This document shows positions 1 through 9,607 of a DNA stretch of 32,000 nucleotides, in pieces (position 1 is the first letter of the stretch; each line of letters begins with the position of its first letter). The stretch comes from Promethearchaeota archaeon (GTDB taxonomy: Archaea; Asgardarchaeota; Lokiarchaeia; Sigyniarchaeales; SOKP01). The notes beneath the pieces were generated by a model. The model saw nothing but the letters and a program-made list of their open reading frames with translations, was not told the origin of the DNA and did not search any database. The DNA lies in NCBI GenBank assembly GCA_030606485.1, contig JAUWGH010000007.1, positions 210,001 through 242,000 of the forward strand, in the 5' to 3' direction. A program made the position numbers and the translations under genes.

Positions 1-810
1 GGGGAGGGAATAGAATATACTACTTTTATGTTATTATCCGTTTTGATAAGCAGTATAATTTGGTTGATTATTGGGAGTTTTTCTGGAATACCTTTGAGCT
101 CTACACATAGTACCATAGGAAGTATATTTGGTGTAATACTTGTTTTTTCTCTTTTTCAGGGAGACGTTGACCCAACAACTGCTCTCAATTATGAGATATT
201 AAGTAGTGTGGTCATAAGTTGGTTTTTATCTCCAATATTTGGTTTTCTCTTTACTTATCTTTTATTCAAAATTATCTCCAAATTTTTTTTATCACGTTTA
301 AAAGGTATGAATCAAATTGAAAAATCAGAAAAAAGTTTTTCATGGTTATTACTAATTGCAGTTATTTTTGCTGAAATCTGGGTTGGAGCTAATTCTGCAG
401 AATGTATTGGAATTTTTCATGCGCTTTGGAGTAATGGTTCATTAACTTTAATAGAAAAAGATTTTTTCGTTGTAATTTGTGGAATTTTTGTCTTTCTGGG
501 AATTTTTATCGCAGGAAGATATGTAATAAAAAATTTAGCCAGCCAAATGACTGATGCACGACCATGCGAGGGTTTTATCATTCAAATATCATCATCGATT
601 ATTTTAATGATATGTACCTTATTGTCTTTACCTATTTCACACAGTCATGTTATTGTATTTTGTATTTTAGGTTTAAACCTAGCTCAAAAACGTGAAATAG
701 ATTACAGAAGTTTAGGTAAAATGGCAATTTACTGGGTTTTAACTTTTTTTATAGCCGGTATTCTCGGTGGTATGATATATATGGGATTTTTATCAGTAAG
801 CTTAATATAA
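1..810 (+). CDS. PiT-family inorganic phosphate transporter (5' end lies outside the window)
   Basis: Hydrophobic multi-TM protein with GIPLSSTHSTIG and LPISHSH PiT-type motifs and VGANS at the second GAND position. The frame is open from base 1 (GEGIEYTTF precedes the ATG at 28). Adjacent to a DUF47 gene. Confidence 0.88.
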   Translation, partial: GEGIEYTTFMLLSVLISSIIWLIIGSFSGIPLSSTHSTIGSIFGVILVFSLFQGDVDPTTALNYEILSSVVISWFLSPIFGFLFTYLLFKIISKFFLSRLKGMNQIEKSEKSFSWLLLIAVIFAEIWVGANSAECIGIFHALWSNGSLTLIEKDFFVVICGIFVFLGIFIAGRYVIKNLASQMTDARPCEGFIIQISSSIILMICTLLSLPISHSHVIVFCILGLNLAQKREIDYRSLGKMAIYWVLTFFIAGILGGMIYMGFLSVSLI

Positions 811-902
811 AAAGGAAAATGATTTAATTGAGTGAGAAAATTATTTATGAATGAATTTATTTAAATTTAAATTGTGAAAAGGAAAAAAAAACGGGAAAAA
901 AA

Positions 903-1580
903 ATGGGTTATTTAATTGAATATTTCAAGCAACGAACCGCTGAAAATGCAATAGAAAAAGCAAATACTCATGCAAAAACGGCTCAACAATGTGTATTTGA
1001 ATTAAAAAAAGGATTCAATGCTCTTTTAATCGAAAAAGATTATGATAAAGCAGAAAAGATTTTCAAAAATGTAGATAAAATTGAAAGTGATGCAGATGTT
1101 CTTAGGAGAGAGATATTAGAAGATATTTCAAAAGGTGAATTAAATCCTAATGTCCGTATGGATCTCTCTCATTTAGTTAAAAGAATAGATGATATCGCAA
1201 ATTGTTCGAATGGGGTTGGTAGGCGTATTAATACAATATCAAAAGAATTTTGGGAGAATTGTAGTCAGGAATCCATAGATTATATAATTCAAATAATTGA
1301 TAAAACTGTAGAATGTGCAGAACTTTTGGATGATCTTTTAGATGCTCTGATTAAATCCCGGGAAAAAGTAAAAGATATTGCAATCAAAATCAATAAAATG
1401 GAACATGAAGTTGATGTTTTAAATCTTAAATTAAGCGAGAGCCTTCAAAAAACCGACTTTAAAATTAACATTTTTACTGGTTTTTTGATTGCTGATACAC
1501 TTAATATTTTAGAAGCAATATCAGACTCGATTGAAGAAGTCGCAGATTATATATTACTTTTAACAGTTTCAAAAAAATAA
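903..1580 (+). CDS. DUF47 / PhoU-like phosphate transport regulator
   Basis: All-helical protein with the duplicated pattern IESDADVLRREI...IDDIAN and MEHEVDVL...LEAISDSIEEVAD; typical partner of PiT. Confidence 0.88.
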   Translation: MGYLIEYFKQRTAENAIEKANTHAKTAQQCVFELKKGFNALLIEKDYDKAEKIFKNVDKIESDADVLRREILEDISKGELNPNVRMDLSHLVKRIDDIANCSNGVGRRINTISKEFWENCSQESIDYIIQIIDKTVECAELLDDLLDALIKSREKVKDIAIKINKMEHEVDVLNLKLSESLQKTDFKINIFTGFLIADTLNILEAISDSIEEVADYILLLTVSKK

Positions 1581-1646
1581 TCTGGAAAATTATAAATCCA
1601 TTACTCTTTTTAAATTATTAAACATCTCTGTTCTATTAGTAATAGA

Positions 1647-1889
1647 ATGGTTTATAGAACGAGATATTTCTTCTTTAGATGCATCAATTGTGGCGAATAC
1701 TATTATACTACTAAAATTATTAAGAGAAAAAAATGCGTTAAATGTCATAAATCATTTTCCTTTGAAAAAGCTTCAAAATTTTCTCAAAAATGTTCCATAA
1801 AAGAAGCTATACTAATAATTAAGGAAAAAAAAAAGAATCAATATTTATTTAGATTTAAGAAAGATAATCATAAAAAAAATATTATATAA
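1647..1889 (+). CDS. Small Zn-ribbon protein (DUF1922-like)
   Basis: FFFRCINCGEYYY...KRKKCVKCHKSF, two CxxC pairs, resembling archaeal DUF1922. Confidence 0.6.
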   Translation: MVYRTRYFFFRCINCGEYYYTTKIIKRKKCVKCHKSFSFEKASKFSQKCSIKEAILIIKEKKKNQYLFRFKKDNHKKNII

Positions 1890-1991
1890 GACTTTTTATA
1901 ACTTTATTGATTAGGCATTTCTTTTTTCTTTTATTAGTATTCATTTTATTTTAATGAACCAAAGGAATTCTCATATCGATTTTTTCTTGAT

Positions 1992-2555
1992 TTAATTTTT
2001 AGCAAGACCTTTATAGATTACGAATAACCTAACAAAAAGACTATTGTAATTCTTCCTTGTAAATTCTTTGTTAACATAATTACGTGCAGTAAATTTGTAT
2101 TTTGTACGCTCTAACAAATAACATATAACTGTCCTAGGTTCCATACTTCTATACCTTCTCCCATTATCTTGAATATTAATTACCTCATCCCATTTGAAAA
2201 AATTTTTTTTTTTATTAAAAGTTCTAAAAAATACACCTTGAGTTCCAACAATAAGAAACCTTAAATATTTAATAAATGTTGCAGATCCCAATATAACAAA
2301 TAATACCATCCCAAAAAATGATAGTATTCCAAGATTTTCCAATGGGTAAATTAGGAATACACAAAGCATAATTAATGCTATTATCCAGCATAGAATTAAA
2401 AGAAAATAATCAGTTGTATCAAACCCTCCTTTCATTACAAAAATCTTTCCTTCAGAAAATGCTTTTGAAATATCTTGGTCAGTACTGTATCTTCCAAAAT
2501 TATAACTTCTATTTTTATATTCTTGATAGGTTTCTTTTAACTTTTCTATCTCCAT
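1992..2555 (-). CDS. Hypothetical membrane protein (2 TM, possible PH-like C-terminal domain)
   Basis: Two hydrophobic helices followed by GVFFRTF...FFKWDEVINI, resembling membrane-anchored bacterial PH-like domains. Confidence 0.5.
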   Translation of the reverse strand: MEIEKLKETYQEYKNRSYNFGRYSTDQDISKAFSEGKIFVMKGGFDTTDYFLLILCWIIALIMLCVFLIYPLENLGILSFFGMVLFVILGSATFIKYLRFLIVGTQGVFFRTFNKKKNFFKWDEVINIQDNGRRYRSMEPRTVICYLLERTKYKFTARNYVNKEFTRKNYNSLFVRLFVIYKGLAKN

Positions 2556-2835
2556 TTTATTTCGACCTTCGAAAATTTGAGATTAATATTTAAATCTCAC
2601 TTATTAAAATTAGCTTTTTAATTTAAAAATTTAATCCAATCCTCTTAAATTTTTTAATTAAAGACATTTAAATTAAAGAAACCGTTCTTTTTTTGTAAAT
2701 ATTAATCATCAACTTCTGTTTTTATTCATCCAATATTGTTATAACACATAACTTTTTTGCATGGATAAAAAATTCAGTGACAAATTTTCATTAATTTTCT
2801 TGTTCTAAATCTTAAAAAAATCACTTCTTAATCGA

Positions 2836-2902
2836 TTTATTAAATATATAAAGAATGTAAATGTATCATAATTAAATAAAGACAAAATTTTAAAAACAGA
2901 AA
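2836..2902 (+). repeat. 67-bp direct repeat, copy 1 (partner at 4302-4368)
   Basis: Ungapped alignment to 4302-4368 with 7 mismatches; the core 2859-2902 has only 2 mismatches in 44 nt. Confidence 0.9.
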
Positions 2903-3001
2903 ACTATTTTTAATTTTATATTTTTCATAAAACTAATACAGATCTGGTGTAAGCCTTGAAAACGTATTAAATTGGGTTTTAAAAAATTATTTTTATAATT
3001 A

Positions 3002-4237
3002 TTATATCTCTATCTTTTCTATTGTTCCTTTTTCATCAATTTTTTGGATAATGATAGGAGAACTCTTGTTTTTATCCTTCTTATCAATTTTAAGAACATT
3101 TTTCATTAAATTCAAAAAGTCCATTGGATTCATACATGCTTCGGGTGGCAATACTCCTTGACCTTTTATTTTTCCTTGTGCCATAAGTATCGTTCCCATT
3201 GCAGCTGGTATTCCTGTACCTGCACCCATTGCTTCTCCTTTACCTGCACCTTCTGAAACCAAAGAAAATATATAAGTTCTTGCTAATCCCCTCTCATTTC
3301 TACCAGAAACGACAATCTTAACACAACCACGCGGCTCTCCAAAATTTACTTCTTTTAGAATTTCATCTCTTCTTTTAATCAAGTAAGAAATTGCAAAATT
3401 ATAAGGAGCAATTTTATGTCCATTTACATTAATATATTCCTTGCTATCTAAACCTGCTTGAAAAATCTTTCTAGTTAAATTATAATATTCCTCAGGCAAT
3501 ACCGTTCCTTTATTCGTAACACGCTTTACTCCCTTGATGTACATAGGTAATGTTATAGGTTCTGGATGAGGATATGGATAAACTAATAGGGGACCCTCCG
3601 AAGATAAATTAATAAATTCAACTTTTTCCCTTAAGGCTTCGGCTTCTTTTTGGGTTAGGTTTTTTAATTTGCCATCTATAAATATTGGAACATCTTGACG
3701 CATACAATAAAATCTATGCCCAATAACACCTGCTCCTTCAGTTGGCTCACCGCCATGAGCATGATATAAATCAATTGAATCTGTTTCTTTCAATAAAGTT
3801 TTGGAACAGAATGCTGCGAGAAGATTTGTAACTCCTGGGCTTGATCCCATTCCAATTAAAGCTGTGACGCCAGATTTTTTTGCTTCTTTATCCAGTGCTA
3901 AAGCATCGTAGGTAGCACCTGTATCATCACAAATGTCTACATAATTGATACCCATTTCGATCACTGTTGAAAGAATAAGCTTCTCAAATTTATAATATGG
4001 CCCGATTGTATTGAGCACAACATCAGACCCTTTAATTGCCGCTTTAATACTCTCTGGATCCACAGCATCAACTTTAACGGCAGAGACTTTACCTCCAAGT
4101 GTAGCAGCCATATTCTTTGCTTTTTCTATATTTATATCAGCTATAACGACTTCATCAAATACATCAGAATTAGCAAAAACTTTCGTAGAATAACTACCCA
4201 CTGCACCTACTCCACCTAAAGCTGTAACTTTTGTCAT
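3002..4237 (-). CDS. Saccharopine dehydrogenase-family NAD(P)-dependent oxidoreductase
   Basis: N-terminal Rossmann motif GGVGAVG, NTIGPYY, YVDICDD, GMGSSPGVTNLL, and C-terminal GVLPPE. Confidence 0.85.
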   Translation of the reverse strand: MTKVTALGGVGAVGSYSTKVFANSDVFDEVVIADINIEKAKNMAATLGGKVSAVKVDAVDPESIKAAIKGSDVVLNTIGPYYKFEKLILSTVIEMGINYVDICDDTGATYDALALDKEAKKSGVTALIGMGSSPGVTNLLAAFCSKTLLKETDSIDLYHAHGGEPTEGAGVIGHRFYCMRQDVPIFIDGKLKNLTQKEAEALREKVEFINLSSEGPLLVYPYPHPEPITLPMYIKGVKRVTNKGTVLPEEYYNLTRKIFQAGLDSKEYINVNGHKIAPYNFAISYLIKRRDEILKEVNFGEPRGCVKIVVSGRNERGLARTYIFSLVSEGAGKGEAMGAGTGIPAAMGTILMAQGKIKGQGVLPPEACMNPMDFLNLMKNVLKIDKKDKNKSSPIIIQKIDEKGTIEKIEI

Positions 4238-4301
4238 TTTTTAATTTCCCCTATAATTAACTTTTTTATTTTTATTCTCAAATAATTTTCTTCCTAAATA
4301 T

Positions 4302-4368
4302 TTTATTAAATATTTATAGATTTAAAATGTAACATAAATAAATAAAGACAAAATTTTAAAAACAGAAA
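4302..4368 (+). repeat. 67-bp direct repeat, copy 2, within the divergent dehydrogenase/tldD promoter region
   Basis: Matches 2836-2902; contains a TATA-like TATTTATA and lies 18 nt before the tldD ATG. Confidence 0.9.
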
Positions 4369-4386
4369 TTGTATTGATAATTTAAC

Positions 4387-5799
4387 ATGGAGACTCCAAA
4401 TCCTTTAGAAAGCAATTTAATTTCTAAATTAACAAAATTAGCTACTCAAAAAAGAATAGAATATTGGGATATTCGAGTAGCATTTAGTTCTGGAACGTTA
4501 TTAGAATTTACTAATGGAAAAAATAAAGAAGTATCATATTCAAATATAAAAGGTATTGGTATCAGAGCTTTTGTTAATGGAGGTTGGGGGTTTTCTGTAA
4601 AACAAAATATATCTGATAGTTCAATAATAGAAGGATTAAATGAGGCTATAAAATTAGCTCACTACGCTGAACGATATTCAAAATTCAAATTTAAAATAAG
4701 AGAATATGATTTAATTAGAGATAAATATCAAACAAAAGTGAAAACGCCTCTTAATGATGTGAATATTGAACAAAAAATTAATCTCACCATGAAAATTGAA
4801 AAAGAAGCACGTGATTTTGATCCAAGAATTATAAATACAAATTCTTTATATACTGATAGTATAATTAATTCTCTTTTTATTAATTCATTTGGAAGTTCAA
4901 TTGAGCAATCTATCTCAATTTTGAGGATTTTCTCTATTGTTCATGCTAAGGAAAATGGAAATTTGCAAAGGAATCATGAATCCAAGGGTGGTGTCGGCGG
5001 TTACGAATTAACTAAAAAAGCCGATAAAATTGGAATAATGTCAGCACAAAAAGCTGTACAATTATTATCGGCTAAACCAGTTAAAGGAGGAAAATTCACA
5101 GTTATAATGGACCCAAAATTAACTGGAGTATTTATTCATGAAGCTTTTGGACATGCATGTGAAGCTGACCTAGTTATCGCCAAAGAAAGTATTTTAGAAG
5201 AAAAAATAGGAGAAAAAGTTGCGTCTGAAAAAGTATCAATTATCGATGACCCAACTCCAAATGATATGGCTCTATTTGGTTCCTATAAATTTGATGATGA
5301 AGGTATAGCTGTAAAACCAGTTCAATTAGTAGAAAATGGCGTTTTAAAAACCTACCTTCATGATTTAGAGAGTGCAAGTAGAATGAATGAACCCCCTAAC
5401 GGGCATGGTCGTGCATCATCATATTCATCTAAACCACAAGCAAGAATGGGGGTTACTTACCTTAAGGAAAGTGATTGGAAATTAAATGAAATGATCGAAG
5501 ATACTAAATATGGTATGTTTTGTGAAAATTGGAAATACGGATACACTAACCCGGCAACAGGAAATTTCCAATTTAAAACTCGAAATTGTTATAAAATTGA
5601 AAATGGAGAAAAAACAGAATTAATGCGAGATGTTGGTTTATCTGGTTTAATCCTCGAGATTTTAAATAGAGTTTCAGCTATTGGTAATAAAGTAGAATTT
5701 AGTGATGGCATTTGTGGAAAAGGAGGACAACGTATTAGAAATTGTAATGGGGGACCTTACCTACGTGTTGAAGATGTGGTTATGGGAGGTTTGCAATAG
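4387..5799 (+). CDS. tldD: TldD family metalloprotease (catalytic subunit)
   Basis: Zn-binding HEAFGH motif, YKFDDEG, GNGHGRA-like NGHGRAS, RMGVTY, and the C-terminal GICGKGGQ Cys. Confidence 0.93.
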   Translation: METPNPLESNLISKLTKLATQKRIEYWDIRVAFSSGTLLEFTNGKNKEVSYSNIKGIGIRAFVNGGWGFSVKQNISDSSIIEGLNEAIKLAHYAERYSKFKFKIREYDLIRDKYQTKVKTPLNDVNIEQKINLTMKIEKEARDFDPRIINTNSLYTDSIINSLFINSFGSSIEQSISILRIFSIVHAKENGNLQRNHESKGGVGGYELTKKADKIGIMSAQKAVQLLSAKPVKGGKFTVIMDPKLTGVFIHEAFGHACEADLVIAKESILEEKIGEKVASEKVSIIDDPTPNDMALFGSYKFDDEGIAVKPVQLVENGVLKTYLHDLESASRMNEPPNGHGRASSYSSKPQARMGVTYLKESDWKLNEMIEDTKYGMFCENWKYGYTNPATGNFQFKTRNCYKIENGEKTELMRDVGLSGLILEILNRVSAIGNKVEFSDGICGKGGQRIRNCNGGPYLRVEDVVMGGLQ

Positions 5800-5801
5800 A
5801 A

Positions 5802-7187
5802 ATGATAACAAATAATAATTTTCCAAAAGACAATAATGTTCTTTTTGATAGAGGTAAATTTGGTTTAAGAATTACTGAGAAATTTGATAAAGTAAAATGT
5901 TCTGAAATTTATATTCAAAAAACAGAAAGTTTTGCAATAGGATTAGAAAAAAATTCCATCAAAGATTGCAATAAATCTGAAAGTTGTGGATTTTCGGTAA
6001 GAGTTTTTGATAAACGGGGCTCATTAGGTTTTGCATATGCTAATGATATTTCTAGTAAAATAATCGAAAAAACCATAAATAATGCTGTAAAGATGATGAA
6101 AGCTGGACCTCCAAATGATGAATTTAAGGATTTACCATTTCCTAAAAAATCTAATTCTAAAATAACAGGAATTTATGACAAAAACATTAAAGATCTTGAT
6201 TTTGAAACACCATTCGATTTAATTAAAGATATGATAAAAATATCATCTGAAGATTCTCAAGTTGTAACTCAATCTGGGGATTTTTCCTCTCTTTATACTT
6301 ATTATTACGTATTTAATTCAAATGGGATTGAAATATCCTCTGAAGAAACAGCGGCTTCTTTAACATCATCGATTGTAGTTAAAAATAATAGGAAAAATGA
6401 GACTGGAAATGGCTTTCATTGGCAAATAGAAAGGAAATACAAGGATTTAGATGCAATTGAAGTTGTCAATAAAACACTCCAAATGGCTAAAATGAATTTA
6501 AATAGGATTAAAATAGAAACAATGAACGTCCCTCTTGTATTAACTCCAAAAGGAGTAATTAGTTTAATATTAAATCCAATTGCTTCAGCAATAAATGCTG
6601 AAACATTTCAATATAACAGAAGCTTTCTTGTAGGAAAATTAAATCAAAAGATTGGTTCAGATCTGTTAAATATTGAAGATAATGGTTTAATTAATGGAGC
6701 TATAGGGTCTTCAGAATTTGATGCTGAAGGTGTCCCATGTCAAAATAAAAAAATCTTTTCAAATGGAGCATTTTTAACTTTAATTCATAATAGCTTCACC
6801 GCTGGAAAAGATAATGTGGAAAGCACTGGAAACGCACAGAGAAATTCTTTTTCTTCAACCCCTTATATCGGTTCAACTAATTTATTCTTCAATACCGGAG
6901 ATTGTAAAATGCAAGAATTATTTGAAGATATAAAAATTGGAATTCTCTTAGATTATACTGGTGATTCTCCTAATATAGCAACAGGGGATTTCAGCGGGTT
7001 GATTTTAAACGGAAATATTATCCGAAATGATGAAATTCAAGAATCACTGAATGAAACTATGATTGGAATTAATCTTTTAGATCTTTTTAATAGAATAGAG
7101 AAAGTGTCCAATAAACTTGAAGTTTATGGCTCAAAAAATGCTCCTTATGTAAAAATAAGTAATGTTCAAATTTCTGGGTCCAAATGA
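5802..7187 (+). CDS. pmbA: PmbA/TldE family protein (non-catalytic partner)
   Basis: FDAEGVP, STGNA and ATGDFSG motifs, no HExxH; starts 2 nt after tldD. Confidence 0.9.
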   Translation: MITNNNFPKDNNVLFDRGKFGLRITEKFDKVKCSEIYIQKTESFAIGLEKNSIKDCNKSESCGFSVRVFDKRGSLGFAYANDISSKIIEKTINNAVKMMKAGPPNDEFKDLPFPKKSNSKITGIYDKNIKDLDFETPFDLIKDMIKISSEDSQVVTQSGDFSSLYTYYYVFNSNGIEISSEETAASLTSSIVVKNNRKNETGNGFHWQIERKYKDLDAIEVVNKTLQMAKMNLNRIKIETMNVPLVLTPKGVISLILNPIASAINAETFQYNRSFLVGKLNQKIGSDLLNIEDNGLINGAIGSSEFDAEGVPCQNKKIFSNGAFLTLIHNSFTAGKDNVESTGNAQRNSFSSTPYIGSTNLFFNTGDCKMQELFEDIKIGILLDYTGDSPNIATGDFSGLILNGNIIRNDEIQESLNETMIGINLLDLFNRIEKVSNKLEVYGSKNAPYVKISNVQISGSK

Positions 7188-7202
7188 TTTAGACCTATGT
7201 AT

Positions 7203-7760
7203 CTAAATATCTGTTACATTAAGTCTAATAAATAGAATATCAAGAAAGCTCTCCAAATTGTTTTCAATTTTCCACAATTCAAAAATTATTGTTTTATTTG
7301 AACCCGGATTAGAAAATGAAATGTTTTGAGCATCAGAAATCCATTCATTCCCATGTTGAAGTGTAATAATTTGAAGTTTGCTAATTAAGGTACCGTTCGA
7401 ACCTGATTCACTGTTAATCCATGTACTATGATTTCCTTTAAGGATATGAATTGAAAAAGAAAAGTCTTCATTTAAGAAATTACCTACTGTGGTAAACAAT
7501 GTTACATTTTCATTGATTTTTATTTGCGTTGGATAATCTTGGGCATATCCTTCTGAATTTAATAAACCGTAGGTATAATAACCCGGCTCAACCTTAATTA
7601 TTTCATAAATAATAAAACAAGAAGTTAGAATGATTCCAATTAATAAAATAATTCTGGTGATCTTTGCCAGATTTTTCTGTTCTTGATTTGAATTATTATG
7701 AGACTTTTTTTCTTTCATATTTTCTTTAATCTTCATTTTCAATGCTTTTAAACCATTCAA
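7203..7760 (-). CDS. DUF1616-like single-TM membrane protein (true start may be a downstream Met)
   Basis: One TM helix followed by YYTYGLLNSEGYAQDYPTQIKINENVTLFTTVGN, resembling the DUF1616 C-terminal domain; overlaps the end of the upstream epimerase gene. Confidence 0.6.
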   Translation of the reverse strand: MNGLKALKMKIKENMKEKKSHNNSNQEQKNLAKITRIILLIGIILTSCFIIYEIIKVEPGYYTYGLLNSEGYAQDYPTQIKINENVTLFTTVGNFLNEDFSFSIHILKGNHSTWINSESGSNGTLISKLQIITLQHGNEWISDAQNISFSNPGSNKTIIFELWKIENNLESFLDILFIRLNVTDI

Positions 7761-8793
7761 TTGTTACCCTTAATCCTTCTTTTAACGGAGTAGTCGGTTT
7801 CCATTTTATAAGCCTTTTTGCTTTTTCTAAAACAGGGCATCTCCTTACGGGATCATCAATTGGTAATGGATTATGAGTAATTTTTGAATTAGAATTCGTA
7901 AGTTCAATAATTAGTTCGGCAAGTTCTAATATTGTTAATTCATTATCATTCCCTAAATTGATAACTTCACCATTAGCAGCATTAAAATGGACTGCTTTTA
8001 ATAATCCTTCAACTTCATCTACAACGTAAGTAAATGACCTAGTTTGAGATCCATCACCAAACACGGTTATATCTTTATCATTAAGTGCTTGATGAATAAA
8101 ATTAGGTATAACTCTCCCAAATAGAGCACCATAGCGAATTCTTGGACCATAAGTATTAAAAATTCTAATTATTTTAGCTTTTATTTTATGTTGTAATTCA
8201 TATGCTTTAATGAATGCCTCACCTGCTCTTTTAGATTCATCATAACAACTGCGAGGTCCGACAGGATTTACATGTCCAAAGTAAGTCTCAGGTGTTGGCA
8301 CTGCACTGTCTGGAGGATTCCCATAGATCTCACTTGTGCTAGTATAAAAAAATAATGCGTTATGCGCTTTTGCTATACCTAAAGCATTCATTGTTCCCAA
8401 AGTGTTACTTTTTAAAATTGATATGGGAAATTTAGTAAATTCGAATGGCGATGCTCTCGAAGCCATATGCATTACTATATCTATCTTTTCGATATCTCCT
8501 ACACATATTCCCATTGGATGATTAGTAAGTCCGAAATATATAGGTTTTGAAATATCATGATTTAAAAATCTAAAATTTTTTTTATCCATTAAATGACTTA
8601 TATTATCAAAACTACCTGAGGATAAATTATCTAAACAAATACAATATGCCCCTTGCTCTATAAGCACATCACAAATCCAAGAACCTAAAAAACCGGCACC
8701 TCCTGTTACCAAAATAATTTTTTCATTAAATTTAATACTTTCTTTTTCTAAGCGTTTAATTATCTCTTGAATTTCTTTTTCATGATCATACAT
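7726..8793 (-). CDS. UDP-glucuronate decarboxylase (UDP-xylose synthase)-family extended SDR
   Basis: TGGAGFLGS, HMASRASP, TSTSEIYG, RSCYDESKR, RIFNTYGPR, GDGSQTRSF, DDPVRRCP. Confidence 0.9.
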   Translation of the reverse strand: MYDHEKEIQEIIKRLEKESIKFNEKIILVTGGAGFLGSWICDVLIEQGAYCICLDNLSSGSFDNISHLMDKKNFRFLNHDISKPIYFGLTNHPMGICVGDIEKIDIVMHMASRASPFEFTKFPISILKSNTLGTMNALGIAKAHNALFFYTSTSEIYGNPPDSAVPTPETYFGHVNPVGPRSCYDESKRAGEAFIKAYELQHKIKAKIIRIFNTYGPRIRYGALFGRVIPNFIHQALNDKDITVFGDGSQTRSFTYVVDEVEGLLKAVHFNAANGEVINLGNDNELTILELAELIIELTNSNSKITHNPLPIDDPVRRCPVLEKAKRLIKWKPTTPLKEGLRVTIEWFKSIENED

Positions 8794-8866
8794 AGAAAGT
8801 CCCGAAATTTTCCCTTAAATTGTTAATAAAAATGTTTTGAAATAAAAAAAGCTTTAGGCTAAAAAA

Positions 8867-9481
8867 TTAAATTGAATTATCCTCTTTTTCTCCGCAAAAT
8901 TGGCAATAAATTAGCTCTTTTGGATAATAATTTCCACAAGATTTGCATTTTATTAGAGAATTTTTTAAAATCTCTTTACCCAGCTTTACAAAGATTGACT
9001 CGACATTGAATCCCGTTTTAGAGCTGCATTCAATTACTTTTCCATGAAAATCATATCTAATAAAAAATTCCGAAACATCTTCCTTAGAAAGCTGTCTAAT
9101 TTCTTCTAAATCAAGTTTGGATCCAATTAATAATTTAGTATTGGGAGGATTAGGACTATTATTAATAATCTCAAGCCAGTTTTCTAAATCTTCTAATGAT
9201 TTTCTGTTGGTAATATCATACAAAATTAAAGCTCCCGATGCACCGCTAACATATGACGGAAAAAGGGTCCGGAATTTCTCTTCACCTGCAAAATCCCATA
9301 TATTTAATAAGATAATACTATCTTCAACTACAACTTTCTTCGTCTCGAAATCAACTCCTATTGTAGAAAGAGTGGAGATATCGAATTTCCCAGTACAGAA
9401 TCTTCTGATTAAGCTTGTTTTTCCCACCCCTCTGGCCCCAGCAACGATAATTTTGAATTTTATCACGAACCCAACCTCCAC
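8867..9481 (-). CDS. Rab-like small GTPase with C-terminal Zn ribbon
   Basis: G1 GARGVGKT, G2 STIGVDF, G3 WDFAG, G4 SKLD, G5 CSSKTG; C-terminal CKSC-x10-CQFC; GTG start. Confidence 0.9.
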   Translation of the reverse strand: MEVGFVIKFKIIVAGARGVGKTSLIRRFCTGKFDISTLSTIGVDFETKKVVVEDSIILLNIWDFAGEEKFRTLFPSYVSGASGALILYDITNRKSLEDLENWLEIINNSPNPPNTKLLIGSKLDLEEIRQLSKEDVSEFFIRYDFHGKVIECSSKTGFNVESIFVKLGKEILKNSLIKCKSCGNYYPKELIYCQFCGEKEDNSI

Positions 9482-9607
9482 GTCTTCGATGTGCTTTGAT
9501 TTTCTTTTTTTAATACAATTTCGTTATAAATAAATATAATTAACCAATTTATTATTTTTTATTAAAATTGATGAATTTGAGAAAAATTTCCATAATTTGA
9601 ATTATTT

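Noticed and set aside
2578-2599. 7-bp inverted repeat TGAGATT-N8-AATCTCA upstream of the 1992-2555 gene
   Set aside because: Short and single-copy, so not distinguishable from chance.
4387-7187. tldD-pmbA as part of a RiPP cluster
   Set aside because: No precursor peptide, YcaO or transporter nearby; it looks like the housekeeping pair.
9117-9533. 138-aa plus-strand ORF
   Set aside because: Antisense to the well-supported GTPase gene.
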